A stretch of DNA of 64,000 nucleotides from contig NC_042997.1 of the NCBI RefSeq assembly GCF_006345805.1, positions 31,682,001 through 31,746,000 of the forward strand, read 5' to 3'. The position numbers were made by a program, and so were the translations under genes. Below are positions 49,131-64,000 of the stretch, in pieces. Numbering within the stretch: the stretch's first letter is position 1; each line of letters starts with the position of its first letter. The notes below the pieces were generated by a model. That model was not told where the DNA came from, searched no databases, and saw only the letters and a program-made list of their open reading frames with translations. Origin of the DNA: Octopus sinensis (taxonomy: Eukaryota).

Positions 49131-50829
49131 TTCAATGCACAAAAAAAACCCATAAAAAATACAAAGAAAAAGGACGAAAGTTACATTTTTATAATTAAGA
49201 AAACCATGTTGCTACACGCAAAGAAATGAAACTATTTTGATGGGCTCACATAGCAAAAGCCTGTCATGAGAGTAAAACCACAAACTGACATTGATAGACC
49301 GGGGCTGTTGCATGCAGGTGGATACATAGCACTGTTTAAGTTCCAGATGGTTTTGCTAATCTGTTTGGGATAGCGATGAACCGGACATATCAGAAAACAT
49401 TAACGCCTGCCTCTACTATCTCAACATCTCAAAGGTCCTCTCGTTTGTTGGTAAGTAGCCAAACAGTTGGCATTTGATGTAATAGATGAGATTTCGAATG
49501 CTATAGTCGAATCGATGAGTGGTGAGGAGGGTGGATTGCTAAGTCCTATTAGCGTAGTGTTCGGGTGGAAAAGATAGGTATAGAAACAGGGACGGGAGCA
49601 AGTAAAGAAACCGAGTTGGGGGTGTACAGTCCGTAAGAGTTGTGTCACTTAGATCGCGGAGGTGTTTAAAGGATAGGGAGAATTAATCGGGAAGCAAATG
49701 GGAGGTGGTAGGGCCTAATAAGAGGAACAAGAAGCGATGATATTGTGCTGGAAATTTTAATTCGTGGGTTGCAAGATACGGAAAATGAAATTCCAGGTAA
49801 TTGGCAGACACGCCGTAAGGGGGTGGTAGCGAGATTGATATTATTTCATCGTACCCCACCTGTGCCATCGCAGGTGCAGGAACGGAAGGTCTTAATTATA
49901 TTTGGTGTTTTTCCACTTCATGTGAAGTGAGTGATCATTTGAAAAGACTGGGCTTTTAAATTAGGGCTGTAGCTGCAGAATTAGCGGAGGCAAAGAAATT
50001 CGGAGTAGGACAGTTAGTTCCATGTGGTTCAGGTATGGTGTAATGAAGATGTTAAAAGAGTGGGAGTCGGTTGGTTTAGATAAGACTGATGGTGAGTTTG
50101 TTGTGGTCGTTGAAACAAAAGTGGATTCTGACACTGGCTGAAAGGAGTTGGAAGGGTTGGAAGGAGTTGAGTTCTGCGATTGTTCTTTCAGTAGATGCAC
50201 TTTTATTGCCCTGTAGGTAAAAGTACAGGATCATGTCTACTGTTGACTTTTCATTTATGAAACAGTACTGTGACAATATATTCTCTCTCTTTCTCTCAGC
50301 ATATACATTCATACATACACAGACGCACGCGCTCGCGTGTACACCTACACATATATTCTTCATCGTCTAATAATGTGCTAAATTGTCTACAGTTTCTACA
50401 TATTCCATATTGGAATTCGCATTTAATTCGCATTGACATAACATCATAGCACCAACAACCTGTTGCACCAAATACTTCGCTTTAATGAACTAAAATTCTA
50501 TTATCTAAGTTCATACACATAACTTTACAAACTGGATATGTAAGTATACACACATACACACATACACAAACACAGACATGCACACACTTACACACACACA
50601 CACACACATATATATATAACCACACATATGTATATGCTTGTATGTATAATATGTATGTATATACGTATATATAAATTAAATATCACTGCGTTTATATGTC
50701 TATACATATATACATAGCCTACCTCACACATATACAGACGCACAGGCATATATGTATCACATCTGCATATTCTATTACTTATTAAGTATAATACCTGTAT
50801 TTCATTCCTTCCCTCTCTCCCCTCCTCAC

Positions 50830-50894
<65 letters not shown>

Positions 50895-50985
50895 AATATG
50901 TAGGTATGAGTCTGCCTTTACACACATTCACTCACATACACACAGACATAGACAAACACACACACGTACATATATTACATGTGAA

Positions 50986-51019
<34 letters not shown>

Positions 51020-51419
51020 TGTGTGTGTGTGTGTATGTGTGTGTGCTTCTATAGCGCAATGTCTGCATTACCTACTGGCTAATATTGTTTACCGAACTTC
51101 CATGTTTTTCCAAGATGGAGTAGCAAACGCCGTGTGATGTCAACCGTAAGGTCCAGTTTCTGTCTTCAATGACAAGGAGATGTAGTTAAGCAGATAATCC
51201 TTCTTCACGTGGGATAAACATGAACATTCTGGCGAAGGATTAGCCAGTTTCCTTTCTTCTCTCTTGCAAGTCCTTTTTAGTAAATAAGCTACTCTAGTCA
51301 CCACAACGTCTAATCTGGCGGTTAGCTATGCTTAAAAATACGATAACAGACTCGGGTCAGAGGTCAGTTATTTTTTCCTGGTGGAAGAGCTTTTTACCAG
51401 TGAAGCAGTAATAAACTCT

Positions 51420-51497
51420 TACCATCATATACATACATACATACATAGATACATACATAGATACATACATAGATACATACATACATACATACATATA

Positions 51498-51588
<91 letters not shown>

Positions 51589-51686
51589 TATACACACACA
51601 AATATATATGCATACACAGTCGGACACAGGTTGATAATCACTCTCATGCGTACACACATGCGCGCGCCCACAAACATACACACACA

Positions 51687-51728
<42 letters not shown>

Positions 51729-52217
51729 TGCAGCAACATATAAACATGAACTCGCATATATAAAATATGGCAGAAGAGAAAGCTGGAAGATGGCGAATCA
51801 GAGATACAGAAATAGAGATGTTCTTAGAGATACACATATGGAGATAGGATATATAGTAATATTTATGTAGATGGACACACACCCACACACACACACACAA
51901 ACACATACAGACATATGATATATATATATATATATATAAGTGTGTATGCATAAAGTATATATATGTATATACATATGTATATATATCTTTATATGTCTGT
52001 GTATATGTACGTATATATATATATCTGTACATATATATACGTACATATATATATATCTGTGTGTGTGCATACATACATTGGTATTACTATATTTTTATAT
52101 ACATATATAAATTTATGTATATACATACATACAAACACATTATATATATATATATAATATATGTATGTATGTATATCTATCTATCTGTCTATATACATAT
52201 ATATGTGCACAGATATA

Positions 52218-52263
<46 letters not shown>

Positions 52264-52478
52264 CATGTGCATAGAGGTACGAGCAAACATTTTCCCCTGT
52301 CTCCATATACGTCTAACGTGTTTGCATATATGGAATAAGAGTATATATGTATGTATGTATAAGCTATGTATGTGCAAATTATATATGGACTTCATAAAAT
52401 TTTATATATCTGTGTATATATTAAAGTACACATATATGTACTTCAAATACAATCTATCTCCCTCTCTCTCTCTCCATC

Positions 52479-52528
<50 letters not shown>

Positions 52529-52817
52529 ACTATCTATTTATCTATCTATCTGTCTATCTAACTATATATCGATGTATCTATCTATCTATTTATCTATCTA
52601 TCTATCCACATACCAGTGTATATACACATGTACGTGTATGTATGCATATATGTGTATATAAAGAGAGATAGACAGAGAGGGAGATAACGAATGACAGAGG
52701 AAGAGGAAGTGAGCGTGTAGAAAAAGATAGGTGGACATAGATATGATTGTGTTTGTCGATGTTTAAATACATGTGCATTACTTATATACATACATGCAGA
52801 GAAGCATGCATACATAC

Positions 52818-52859
<42 letters not shown>

Positions 52860-53100
52860 CATATATATATATATATATGTATACATATATATAATATATA
52901 TATATAATATATATATATATAGATATATATATATATTACATATATATACATATATATACATATATATATATACATATATATATACATATTTATATATATA
53001 TATACACACACTCACACACTTTTACGTTTGCATACATACAGATAATTTTATGTATATATATGTATGTGCTTATTTTATTGTAAGCATATATAATCGCCCC
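51420..53100. repeat. Compound (TA)n/(CA)n/(TATC)n low-complexity block
   Basis: Read directly. Confidence 0.9.
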
Positions 53101-53721
53101 CCAAAAAATACGCACAAATAAGCGCTCAAACGCTAATATGTTGTATACGTACACATACACTGTATTCTCTCCTGCTGTTGATAATCTGACATTCACTTAT
53201 GATTGGACAGTGTTTCTTACGCGTCAATGCAGTGATCCATACATCGATGAGAGGCTAGCAACAACTGACAACAACTTAGACACTGGCAAGAGACAACATT
53301 GGCATTTCTCAATTTAGTTCTGGTCGACCTTCGGTACATACATGCGTATATATTTAATCTCTAGCTCAAATAAAGAAGCAACTGGACTCTATGAAGATTT
53401 CTCGTAAGCTTCCTTCTTCACAGTTAAAAAATCCGCTTTACACGTACATGTAGGCAAGCATGCATGGAGTTATGCATGCATGCGTGAAATCATTGACGAA
53501 CGAACATACATGTGCGCACATATATGCATTATACACACATACAGGCGTAGGTGTATACGTACATACATACGAACACATCTACACCAGATGTACAAAAGTA
53601 CACGTGTATATATACTCACATACATACATATGTATATATATATATATTTATACATAATCATATATGTATATATACATACATATATATATATATATATTTA
53701 TACATAATCATATATGTATAT

Positions 53722-53771
<50 letters not shown>

Positions 53772-54797
53772 TATATATACATTTATATACCTATGGGTAC
53801 ATGTATATATATATAGTATATGTGTCTTCATGCCTATTTGGGAATGTGGGTACGTGTTAAAACACACACAAGAACATAAACAAGCATTTATGAATGTATA
53901 CAATGTTGCTTATATATCCTTATATACTCTTATTCCACCCTAAAGGACATGCACCATATAAACACATAGTGTAATCCCACATAAATATATAATAAATCCA
54001 TACGTACAGACATGAACACAGTTATTCACGCACGCACATACGTATATAAGTGTGTGCTTGTTTACGTATATATGTGTGTGTATGTGTAAATATATATATA
54101 TATATATATTCACATACACATACATACGTTAAGAAACTGGAGAATCACATCGAAATATTGTTTATGTTGACAAAGTAATGTAGAAAAGCGTTAAGTACGA
54201 ACTTTTTGCTTGTTGTTCTCAGAAAATTTTGGAACAGGTTCCCTATGCAAATTTTAGCATCAATGTCAACGTTGCTCCTTTTCCGATCCGTTGATATCAT
54301 ATTTGAAATATTCCTCCATGCAAACGCCTCGCATTACACGTATATTTATAAGGCAAACGACGAATAATTTTTTTTAGTATTAGTTATATTTTGTATTGCG
54401 TTGGGGGTTGGCAGTATCCGTAGAGCATCAGATATTATGTATTTTTCGTGATTACTTTTGAGTTCAATCTCTTGGGGTTGTTGAAATAAAGAACCTTTCA
54501 TGTGCTGTCTTCTGATGGTGTCTACTAACCCGTACCCTCAAAACTGACCGCCTTTCGGGCTAAAATTTTGGATAAAACAGAAATCATTTTAAAGTGCACT
54601 GGACTGACAGATTCGTTGGAGCGTCGGAAAAATACCTTGTTGTGGTCCTTTCTGTTCTGAGTTCAAATCTTATAAGATAAACTTTGCCCTACATTCCTAC
54701 GGGGTCCATATACTAAAGTATCAGTCAAGTAATATTCTGATGTTATTGATTAATCTCTCTCCTCAAAATGACACACCTTGTGCATAAATTAAATTAA

Positions 54798-54853
<56 letters not shown>

Positions 54854-54881
54854 CATCATCATCATCATTATTATTATTATT

Positions 54882-55375
54882 GAGTGAGAGAGCAGAGCGT
54901 GCCATCAAAGTGACACGGGGGTGAAATATACGAATCCCAGTATACCCATCATGATTACCCGTCTAAGGTACACCAGGCACATGCATCAGAACCCAATGTT
55001 CATGACATGGTGATCTCATATCAAGATAAGCAGCGCATAACCTTGCGGGTGGGGCCCAGTTAGAATTTTCTTCGGGTCCAGTAGCCCATCCTGCTCAAAA
55101 GGTCCCTGAGTAAGTCTTGTTTGAGGGTGTGAAACGAAACACCCATGTTTCCAGAGGAGAATGATCCAAACCCCAAAGAATTCCTTTCAACACATGGCTA
55201 TGATGCTCCCCACACTATTTCTTCTCGTGATCAGAGATGCACATATCGTCAGCCACTAAAGGACATGCTCAAATGATTAAGGTCAAACAACTGACAAGCA
55301 AATCTGTGGTATTGAGCAGAATATTTACTGTAGCCTATCTTTTATACCAAGACAAAACAATGTACTTGAAAATAC
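54882..55375. mobile_element. Unclassified dispersed repeat (retroposon-like, microsatellite-tailed)
   Basis: gagtgagagagcag..ccatcaaag..ctcaaaaggtccctga..gatcagagatgcacatatcgtcag; abuts (ATT)n/(CAT)n. Confidence 0.75.
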
Positions 55376-55428
55376 TTTCAATCAGTTAAGGTAAGAAGCC
55401 CTGAGAGCCACTGCACCAGGACATTTAT

Positions 55429-55484
<56 letters not shown>

Positions 55485-56996
55485 TTACTACTATTACTAC
55501 TACTACTAATAATAATAATAATAGTAATAATAATACTAATACTACTACTACTGCTGCTGCCGCTGCTGCTGCTGCTTCTGTTGTAGTAGTTGTCGTTGTT
55601 GTTGATGTTGTTGTTGTTGTTGCTGTTGTTATTACAGTCATTAGAACGCCAGCAAAATGCTTCATGGTATTTGTCCGGGTTCCTCAAGTTCTGAGTTCAA
55701 ATCCTGCAGATGTCAATTTTATCCTTTATGGTCGATTGTATCGACTTGTTTCCTCCATTTAAAACTTCCGTCCTTGTTTGATGGATCGGTTGAATTATGA
55801 GAGCAGCAGACAAAAGAAAAAATGCCTCGCAGTATTTGTTCTGTCTCCGCTCTGGGTTCAAATTTCATCTTTCTCTAGTATCCTTCCAGGGACAATAAAC
55901 TAAAGTAGCATCCTAGTACTGGGGTCGTTACTATCAAATAATCCTCTGTAATCTAAATTGCTTGTTTTGTGCTTAAATTAGAAACCATCGTTATCATCGT
56001 CGTCGTCGTCGACGTCTTCGTAACCGAGCTACAGTGATCGCAAGCAACGACGCTCTAAAAGTTATACTGTCCGTTCAAACAGTTCGCCGATGACGATTTA
56101 GAGTTCCATTTGCTAATATTCTTGAAAACCTTCAACAGCGAATGATAATGTAGAAATTCTCAGTGTGTGTCTTAATTGTATAAGAAAGAAAGAGAGAGCG
56201 AGAGCGGAAAAGAGAGAGGAAGAGAGGAAAAGACAGAAAGAAGAAAGGAAAAGAGAGATAGCAAGAGGTTTTCTCCGTCATCTTTTCTCGGCGGACAAAC
56301 ATTTTAGCAAAAATGTCAACAAGTATGACGTTTGATAAGAAAGGAGCGGTGAGAGACAGCCATGACTGCCGTGTAAATTTGAAGCTTTCACTTGGCTTGA
56401 AAGCTTTGCTTACCAAGGCGAAAATGTACTTTTATCCGGGGAAAAAAATGTGCAGAGGATTTTAGTTGTGTGTGTGTATGTGTGTTGACTTTAAACACAT
56501 CGGTAGGTTTTTGATATAACTAAACGGAGATTGGCACCGCTATGAGCAGTAGCATTGAAAGTGAAAGTAAGAAAAAAATACGAAAAATAAAAACAAGATG
56601 GCGCGCACTAACAGCAAAAGTTTCAACAACACAAAAGAATGAAAAATGTCGGAGCAACAACAATAAATTCCATAACGACATTTCTGCTGCAAAATACTCC
56701 CCAGCACTTCCAATCACAAAGGTAAGCAGTAGTGACAAGAATAACAACAACACTGAAAGATTAAGAGTTATAGCAACAACAACAGTGATGACAGCAACTA
56801 TAAGAGTTCCAGGAAAATGTCAAACATCAGCAGCAGCAACAGTACGGTCGTCAAAAGCAAAAATAACATCTTCACCAGCAGAACAGTTCGAAGGAACATG
56901 ATAACAACAACAACAACTAACACCTCCGCCGCCGCTACCACCATTACCGGGGTCACTACCTTCACTACAGTAACCTGCAGTATCCCATTCAAGTAC

Positions 56997-57205
56997 AAGA
57001 TGGCGAGCTGGCAGAATTGTTAGCACGCTGGGGAAAATACTTAGCGGCATTTCGTCACTCTTCGCGTTTCGAACCCAAATTCCACCGAAGTTGTCTTTAC
57101 CTTTCATCCTTTCGGTGTTCGATAAAATAAGTACCAGTGGGATACTGCGGTCGATGTGATCGACTTATACTCGCACCCCCGAAATGTCTGTCCTTGAGCT
57201 AAAAT
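56997..57205 (+). mobile_element. SINE family C
   Basis: aagatggcgagctggcagaattgttagcacg...ctttcatcctttcggtgttcgataaaataagtaccag. Confidence 0.8.
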
Positions 57206-59192
57206 TTTAAATCGATATCACCTTTAGTCACTGAAATTACAGCTTATTCTAACAGCAAAGCAGAAGCTAAATCTACCACTTTTTAAAAATCCGATTTAGT
57301 TGGGATGGGGGAGAAAGAAGTATTAAATAGACAAGATAAGAGGACTGGGGTGAGTCATAGGCTCGTTTGAAAAGAAGGAACAAAGGTCGCACCAATCGTA
57401 CCACTGCACTTGATAAAAATACAGAAAAATGTACGTTAATGTACCGAAGCTTATTCATATCACGTTAACACAAAAATTAATGAGACGTTGTCTAATGTTT
57501 CACTCTTCCGCCAACGTTCAGGTTCGTATTCATTTCCGTCTTAAATAGAACTGTGAATAGATATGTGGGTGGTGGATGTGCCTCCCAGAAATTGAACGCA
57601 TAACTTGCCTCCATTATATATTACTACTTAACCTTGGTGCCTAGATCTAGCTTTCGTTCCTCCAGTTTGAAGACTGTGTTTCACGGGCCTGGAGACACCT
57701 CCAGAGAGGAGGGTTCTCTAATGTGCCGCCATGCAGTGACGGTGTATGAAAATCTCTAGTAGGTAAGACTGTGTTGTCAGCTTTTGTCGGCTACGTTTTC
57801 CCACAACTTCGCTCTTTGACGAAGCTCTCATCGTCGGTCATGCAAAGACCAATAGCAGGCTCTAGAATATTGTCAGGAATAATCTTTGAAACATACAGTC
57901 TATCATGGGGGAGAAGATTTTTGGAAGGACGACGAAATTTTTAGGGTATCTTTGGCGACAAGAATCAGTTGGTTGGCTTGTTGTGGAGGACTTTCTGTCT
58001 GAAGATTATAAATAATAACCAAAAGTCTCCGAATGAGGAGTGATACCTCAGATCATTGGTAGTTCAAGAAAACTTTTATGGGCACAGCAGTGCCATCAGC
58101 TTCACCTGTTGGAGATGTACTCCGAGTGACGAAACATTTCTATGCACGCTCGTTGCAGAGTTGTGAAGTTATGTTGAATAACTGTTGTTGATTGTTGATC
58201 GAATTCGTGCATCGGTCATGCCTATCGTGTAGTTTTAATTACATATGGTCGTGTAGTTTTACTTTCATATGATCGATGAAAACAGAAATTATTTCTTTCT
58301 ACTCGGCAAAAGAAGTCATATGATGAACGCGACTGAATGGGCTGAAGACCGAGTCCTTAACTTCGGTGAGGATTTAACCAAAACGAAAATCTGAGAAAAA
58401 AATATTGTCGATCGGGACATCATATCTGATGGAACACGTTGCATATTGATTGCAGAAGAATTTTCTTGTGGTCTAGCCGTGGGACAAACTACATTGATTA
58501 GGCCTATGATCGAATGTGTTCAAACAACGGATGTTCCATATTTCTTTTTATTTATGTCTAGTATTCTTTATTCAACGCGTCATTCTCTTTTATAAACGGT
58601 AAAGTGAGAAGTGAAGATTTGGCTACTGTACCTAACAGGTTGACCAACCTTATATAAAATAATATGGTGACTCTTTTTCTTTCTTATTCTCTTTATATCT
58701 CCCTTTCTTTCACCCACTGTGTCTATGTATGTTCACACACACACATGCACACACATACAAACACCCACATATACATACATACATACATGCATACACACCC
58801 TCAGTGAGCAACATTCCTTTAAACGATTAACATTTATGCGAATTTATTCTGACATGAACGTTCACGAAAGATATATGAGAATGAAAACATTAACCTTTTG
58901 ATAGCCTAATTTCAAGACCATATGTTTTCTTTGTGCAACTGTCAACCTTTTACTCTTTGTATTTACCTGTCTTGTTAAGCAACTGTAGTTATCAACAAAA
59001 TACAAACTCTTTTGAATGAAGACGCCGGTAGAGATAGATATAAGTTTGTAACGCTATATCTTTGATAAGGACATAAAAAATATTCTATATCAATTTCTTC
59101 CTCTGGCTCTCCTTTCCTCTCTCATCCCTCTTTCTATATATTACATAGCTAATTTTTTTTTACATAAACATGCTCAAATGTGCGTGAACATG

Positions 59193-59249
<57 letters not shown>

Positions 59250-59399
59250 AAAAGTTAACAACAGCTAATTATGTGCTAAAGAAAAACATTACCCACTGGC
59301 TAATAATATTTTATTACTTCGTATTTCCAGTTGATTAATACGAAGATATGTCACCATAATTATGACGCTACTAACTTTTTCATACACAAACGTACAGAT

Positions 59400-59417
59400 A
59401 CACACTCACAGACAGAC

Positions 59418-59499
<82 letters not shown>

Positions 59500-59555
59500 T
59501 ATAGATAGATAGATAGATATAGATAGATAGATAATAGATAGATAGATAGATAGAT

Positions 59556-59642
<87 letters not shown>

Positions 59643-59655
59643 TGATAGATAGATG
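59400..59655. repeat. (GATA)n microsatellite
   Basis: Read directly. Confidence 0.95.
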
Positions 59656-59849
59656 GACTGGATAAATTTTAACGCTGCATTTTGCCAACAGGAGAACAGG
59701 AAATCAATGTGCGCTGTAGAGTACATTCTGTATTTATACTTAGTTCGAAGTCTTGTGATACGAGTTTCACACCTCTATGATCGCCAGGCGAGAATTATGG
59801 GCACGCGTGCATTCTTCTGTCTGTCTCTGTCTGTCTGTATGTCTATCTC

Positions 59850-59897
<48 letters not shown>

Positions 59898-60320
59898 ATA
59901 CACACAGTGTCGGTTGGAACAAAACATTGAAGAAAATCTTCTATGAGTGTGTGTACGTGTGTATGACCTGCCAAAATAACTCAGAGTGAAAGTTCCGTCT
60001 CGTTTAAAATAATTCAGAATCCCTGACTCTTCCTGTCTTTCACTCTCGTTCTCTCATAATGCATATATACATACGCATGTATGCATGTATGTATGTATGT
60101 ATGTATGTATGTATGTATGTATGTATGTATGTATGCATGCATGTATGCATGTATGTATGTATGTATGTATGTATGTATGTATGTATGTATGCATGTATGT
60201 ATGTATGTATGTATGCGTGCATGTATGTAGGTATGTATGTATGTAAGCATGAATGTATGTATGTATGTATTGAATGTATATATATATATGTTGTATATTC
60301 ATATTTACATTTATTACATT

Positions 60321-60495
60321 AAGGTGGTGAGCTGGCAGAATCAGCTGCATTTCGACCATCTCCATGCTCTGAGTTCAAATTCTGCTGATGTCGACTTCGC
60401 TTCATCCTTTCGAAGTCGATAAATTAAGTACGAATGTAATCGACTAGTCCCTCCCCACTTCAAATTTGGGGCCTTGTGCCTTCAGTAGAAAAGAT
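60321..60495 (+). mobile_element. SINE family C, internally deleted
   Basis: aaggtggtgagctggcagaatc...gagttcaaattc...ggccttgtgcc. Confidence 0.75.
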
Positions 60496-60611
60496 TATAT
60501 ATATATGCATATATAGTTTTAGCTTTTGGATATATTTCGCTGATGCTCTGAGATGCATCTCTGAGATACTCTCAGATGCTCTGAGATATTCCAATATCAA
60601 ATTTTTCTACA

Positions 60612-60931
60612 CCAATCCCCTTTGCGCAGTGAACCCAACCGGGTTTCATCAAGTCCCAGCTTGCGTCTCAATAGCAGCAAACTACTGGTCTGCCCTCTTT
60701 ATCCAAAACCACCTCGTGTTCTTCTCTGTAGCTTCAGTGATGGAATTTATAACACTTCTCTTAGTTGCCCGGGTAACTCCAAGCCCTGGCTGAGTTTTAC
60801 AGAATCCTCACCTTACTACAACACCGCGACAGTTCATTTTAATTGCGCCGCAAAGTGCCTGTCAACCCCGATATCTGCTCGTTACTGCAAGCTCCTGGTA
60901 TTTGGCAAGCTTCCTTTCATGATCCTCCTCC
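60612..60931 (-). mobile_element. HERO-like RLE non-LTR retrotransposon 3' end
   Basis: EEDHERKLAKYQELAV..RG*QALC..MNCRGVV..LGVTRATKR..EATEKNTRWFWIKRADQ* (stop at 60682-60684), followed by a short 3' UTR. Confidence 0.7.
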
Positions 60932-61714
60932 TTATGTTTCCCTATCTATGTTTCTAGCCATCTACCTATGTGTATACACACACATACACACACATATGCA
61001 TGTACACTCACACACACACACACACACACAAACATATATAGTTGGACGGTTTCGTCATCAATGGCGGAATGTGGTCGTCCAGGATTAGGAGCACTTTCCA
61101 CCGATGTCCCACCACATTTGAACTGGCGATGCTTGTACTTAACTAAGTTGTATGATGACGCATCGTCATCATAAAGTTCTTTTTTTCATTTCATCGAAAG
61201 TCTCTTTTGGTGTACGACCTTTCAACTATAAGAACATGCCTCCTTTATAACACCCGGAAGAACTCACATGCTAGTATACTTGTGTCTTAAAAGAGTTTTG
61301 TGTTAACCCGTACAAACACAATACTGTGGCTTTTTTTCTAAGTTATACTGATCTGAAACATTTAACATTTACTTACGTAATTGTCATTTAGGTGAAAAAT
61401 TATATATTTCCACTGTTACAGTTTTCAAGGATCCAGTAATTATGCAATGAGATATATTTTCCTAAACAAAGGGTTAATGAATGACTAAATTTTATATAGA
61501 TTCTGTTTGAAAGATGAAGTTTGTATTCAAATCTACAAACGAAGTCAAATTTTCGTCACGAGCACACAGTTATCATTGAATCATATGAAACTAAACACTA
61601 TTGACACTTTTATCATTATCCATCGGATCTAAGCAAACATGCACCACCTAGTCTACTGACCTGAACTTTAGAAACACGTCTTCGGGTGACATTCAACGAC
61701 AATAATACATTTTG

Positions 61715-61945
61715 TTCTTTTACTTGTTTCAGACATTTGACTGCGGTCATGCTGGGACACCGCCTAGAGGGTTTTAGTCCAACAAATCGAACTCAGGGTA
61801 TATTTTTTTAAAGCGGAGTGCTTAGCCTATCGGTCTCTTATGCCGAGCCGCTAAGTTACAGGGACGGTAACACAACAATACCAATTGTTAAGCGGTAGTG
61901 GGAGGACAAATATAGGCACAAATAGCGTACGCATAGATACACACA
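61715..61945 (-). mobile_element. SINE family B, 3' half
   Basis: Runs from ttttacttgtttcagacatttgactgcgg to ggaggacaaa. Confidence 0.75.
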
Positions 61946-61969
61946 CGTATATACATACATATATATATA

Positions 61970-62371
61970 TACTAGCAGTATCGCCCGGCGTTGCTCGGGT
62001 TTGTAAGGGAAATAACTATATAAGCATTTTTAGAGAGTTATAGCCAAAAAATAGCACAAAAATGCATTAAAAATGGGAAAAAAATGAGGGTAAATTTTTT
62101 TTTTAATCGTCGACTCATCGTAGACATTTTTAGAGAGTTACTTTCCTTATGTAATTGCGAAAAAATGCATTAAAATGGAAAAAAATCATTGTTAATTTTT
62201 TTTCAAAATCGTAGACTCATCGTAGACGCGCGCTACTACCCAGAAGGACTCAATATGAATCACGACTATAAGATACCCGGTTTTGGTTAAACTGCACCGC
62301 ACAATGTGGGATTAGTTAGGAATCTAAATCGTAGGAGACAGACACACAACTTGACTTTTATAAATAAAGAT
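61970..62371 (+). mobile_element. Non-autonomous Helitron/Helentron-associated (HINE/DINE-1-like) element
   Basis: 5' TACTAG..CCCGgcgttgctCGGG hairpin, an internal ~100-bp tandem duplication (62025 / 62125), and a 3' end gacagacacac..cttttataaataaagat. Confidence 0.6.
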
Positions 62372-62606
62372 ACACACACACACACACATATATATGCATT
62401 CATATATATACATATATATATGTATATATATGTATGTGTGTGTGCGCGCGCGCACGTATTGGTGTGTGTATACAGATATGTATATATACATGTAAATGTA
62501 TGTGTGCGTATGTATATAAAGTATATACGTATGCTACATGTGTCGAAACAATTGTCGCGATTAATAAATTCTCGTATATTGCATCTTCCGCCTTTCATTT
62601 GCCATA

Positions 62607-62642
<36 letters not shown>

Positions 62643-62673
62643 TGTATGTATGTATGTATGCATGTATATACAT

Positions 62674-63016
62674 TCTTTTATTTGTTTCAGTCATTTGACT
62701 GCGGACATGCTGGAGCACCGTCTTTAGTCGAACAAATTAACCCCAGTACTTATTGTTTGTAAGCCTGATACTTACACACTAACATCGGTTCTCAAGCGAT
62801 TGTGGCGGGACAAACACAAACACACAAACATACACACACATACATATATACGACAGACTTCTTTCAGTTTCTGTCTACCAAATCCACTCAGAAGGCTGTG
62901 GTCGGCCGTAGGCTATAATAGGAGACACTTTCCCAAGGTGCCACGCAGTGGGACTGAAACCAAGACCATGTGGTTGGTAAGCAAGTTACTTAGCACACGG
63001 TCACTCCTGCGCCTAT
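62674..63016 (-). mobile_element. SINE family B
   Basis: Near full length with an internal deletion. Confidence 0.8.
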
Positions 63017-63267
63017 GCACACAACCATTCTTGCGCCTATAGCACACAGCCGCTATATAAAACACAAGCAAGATTCAGTTGAATTAGTTTCTTAAATTGA
63101 GGCGCACCTCGTTAGGTCGGATTAATATGCACACACAAAACACAACGGTTTCTTTACAATGATGTAATATTTTCATTAATCAATTAAAGGAGTTGTTAGA
63201 AACGGCCGTAATGGTTTGACATCTGTACCTCTACTGTTACTCATTTATATATATATATATATATATA

Positions 63268-63577
63268 TCACATCACGTGATCACGTGACCGACCAGACCA
63301 TCAGATGTTGTTACACATCGCTGGTCACAATGCGTTCGCATTGTTTTAGCCTTCGAATGAAGCCACCCCGCTGGCTAAGCGAGCAGGCCAACAGAAGGAA
63401 GAGTGGGAGAAAGAGTGGTGAAAGAGTACAGCAGGGATCATCACCCCCTGCCGGAGCCTCGTGGATCTTTTAGGTGTTTTCGCTCAATAAACACTTACAA
63501 CGCCCGGTCTGGGAATCGAAACCGCGATCCTACGACCGCGAGTCTGCTGCCTTAATCACTGGGCCATTGCGCCTCCA
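63268..63577 (-). mobile_element. SINE family A head with tail type 3
   Basis: Same head and body as far as actctttcaccac, then a different tail ending ...ggtcacgtgatcacgtgatgtga. Confidence 0.85.
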
Positions 63578-63635
63578 TATATATATATATATTTCATATA
63601 TATATATATATATTATATATATATATACACACACA

Positions 63636-63682
<47 letters not shown>

Positions 63683-63744
63683 ATATATATATATACATAT
63701 ATATATATACATATATATATATACATATATATATATACATATAT

Positions 63745-63867
<123 letters not shown>

Positions 63868-63882
63868 ATATAATATATATAT

Positions 63883-63937
<55 letters not shown>

Positions 63938-64000
63938 AAATCATCTGCGAATGTTCCATACTTTCATCACGTTTTTGTCTCCCTTTTTCTCTAAGTTATA

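Noticed and set aside
56542-56901. 119-aa Ser/Thr/Lys-rich ORF and the nearby 51-aa ORF from 56313
   Set aside because: AAC/AGC-rich low-complexity sequence with no motifs and no convincing splice sites on the plus strand.

Overview
AT-rich, microsatellite-saturated eukaryotic DNA. The tRNA-derived SINE families look like those of an octopod cephalopod (Octopus); this is recognition by eye, not a database match. Most of the window is intronic or intergenic. It contains many SINE copies from four head/body families, decayed Tc1/mariner/maT, hAT- and piggyBac-type DNA transposons, a Helitron/HINE-like element, and RLE-type (R4/Dong-like, HERO-like) and CR1-like LINE remnants. There is one 100-N gap. 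Only one credible host coding segment was found: a 3'-terminal, poly-Ala/Tyr-rich exon at 44030-44472 (+). Its upstream exons could not be identified and I do not assign it a gene name. Almost all ORFs in the supplied track are microsatellite artefacts. The most interesting signals are RNA-structural. (i) Short Penelope-like/retrozyme-like elements carry type I hammerhead ribozyme motifs; one is an 89-bp-arm fold-back with a hammerhead in each polarity (15521-15718) and another is enclosed by perfect 59-bp inverted repeats (46708-46938). (ii) A 36-bp-stem hairpin with pri-miRNA geometry lies 1.6 kb upstream of the terminal exon (42336-42427). (iii) Other fold-backs and inverted SINE pairs could form dsRNA. 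No prokaryotic system or CRISPR array is present.
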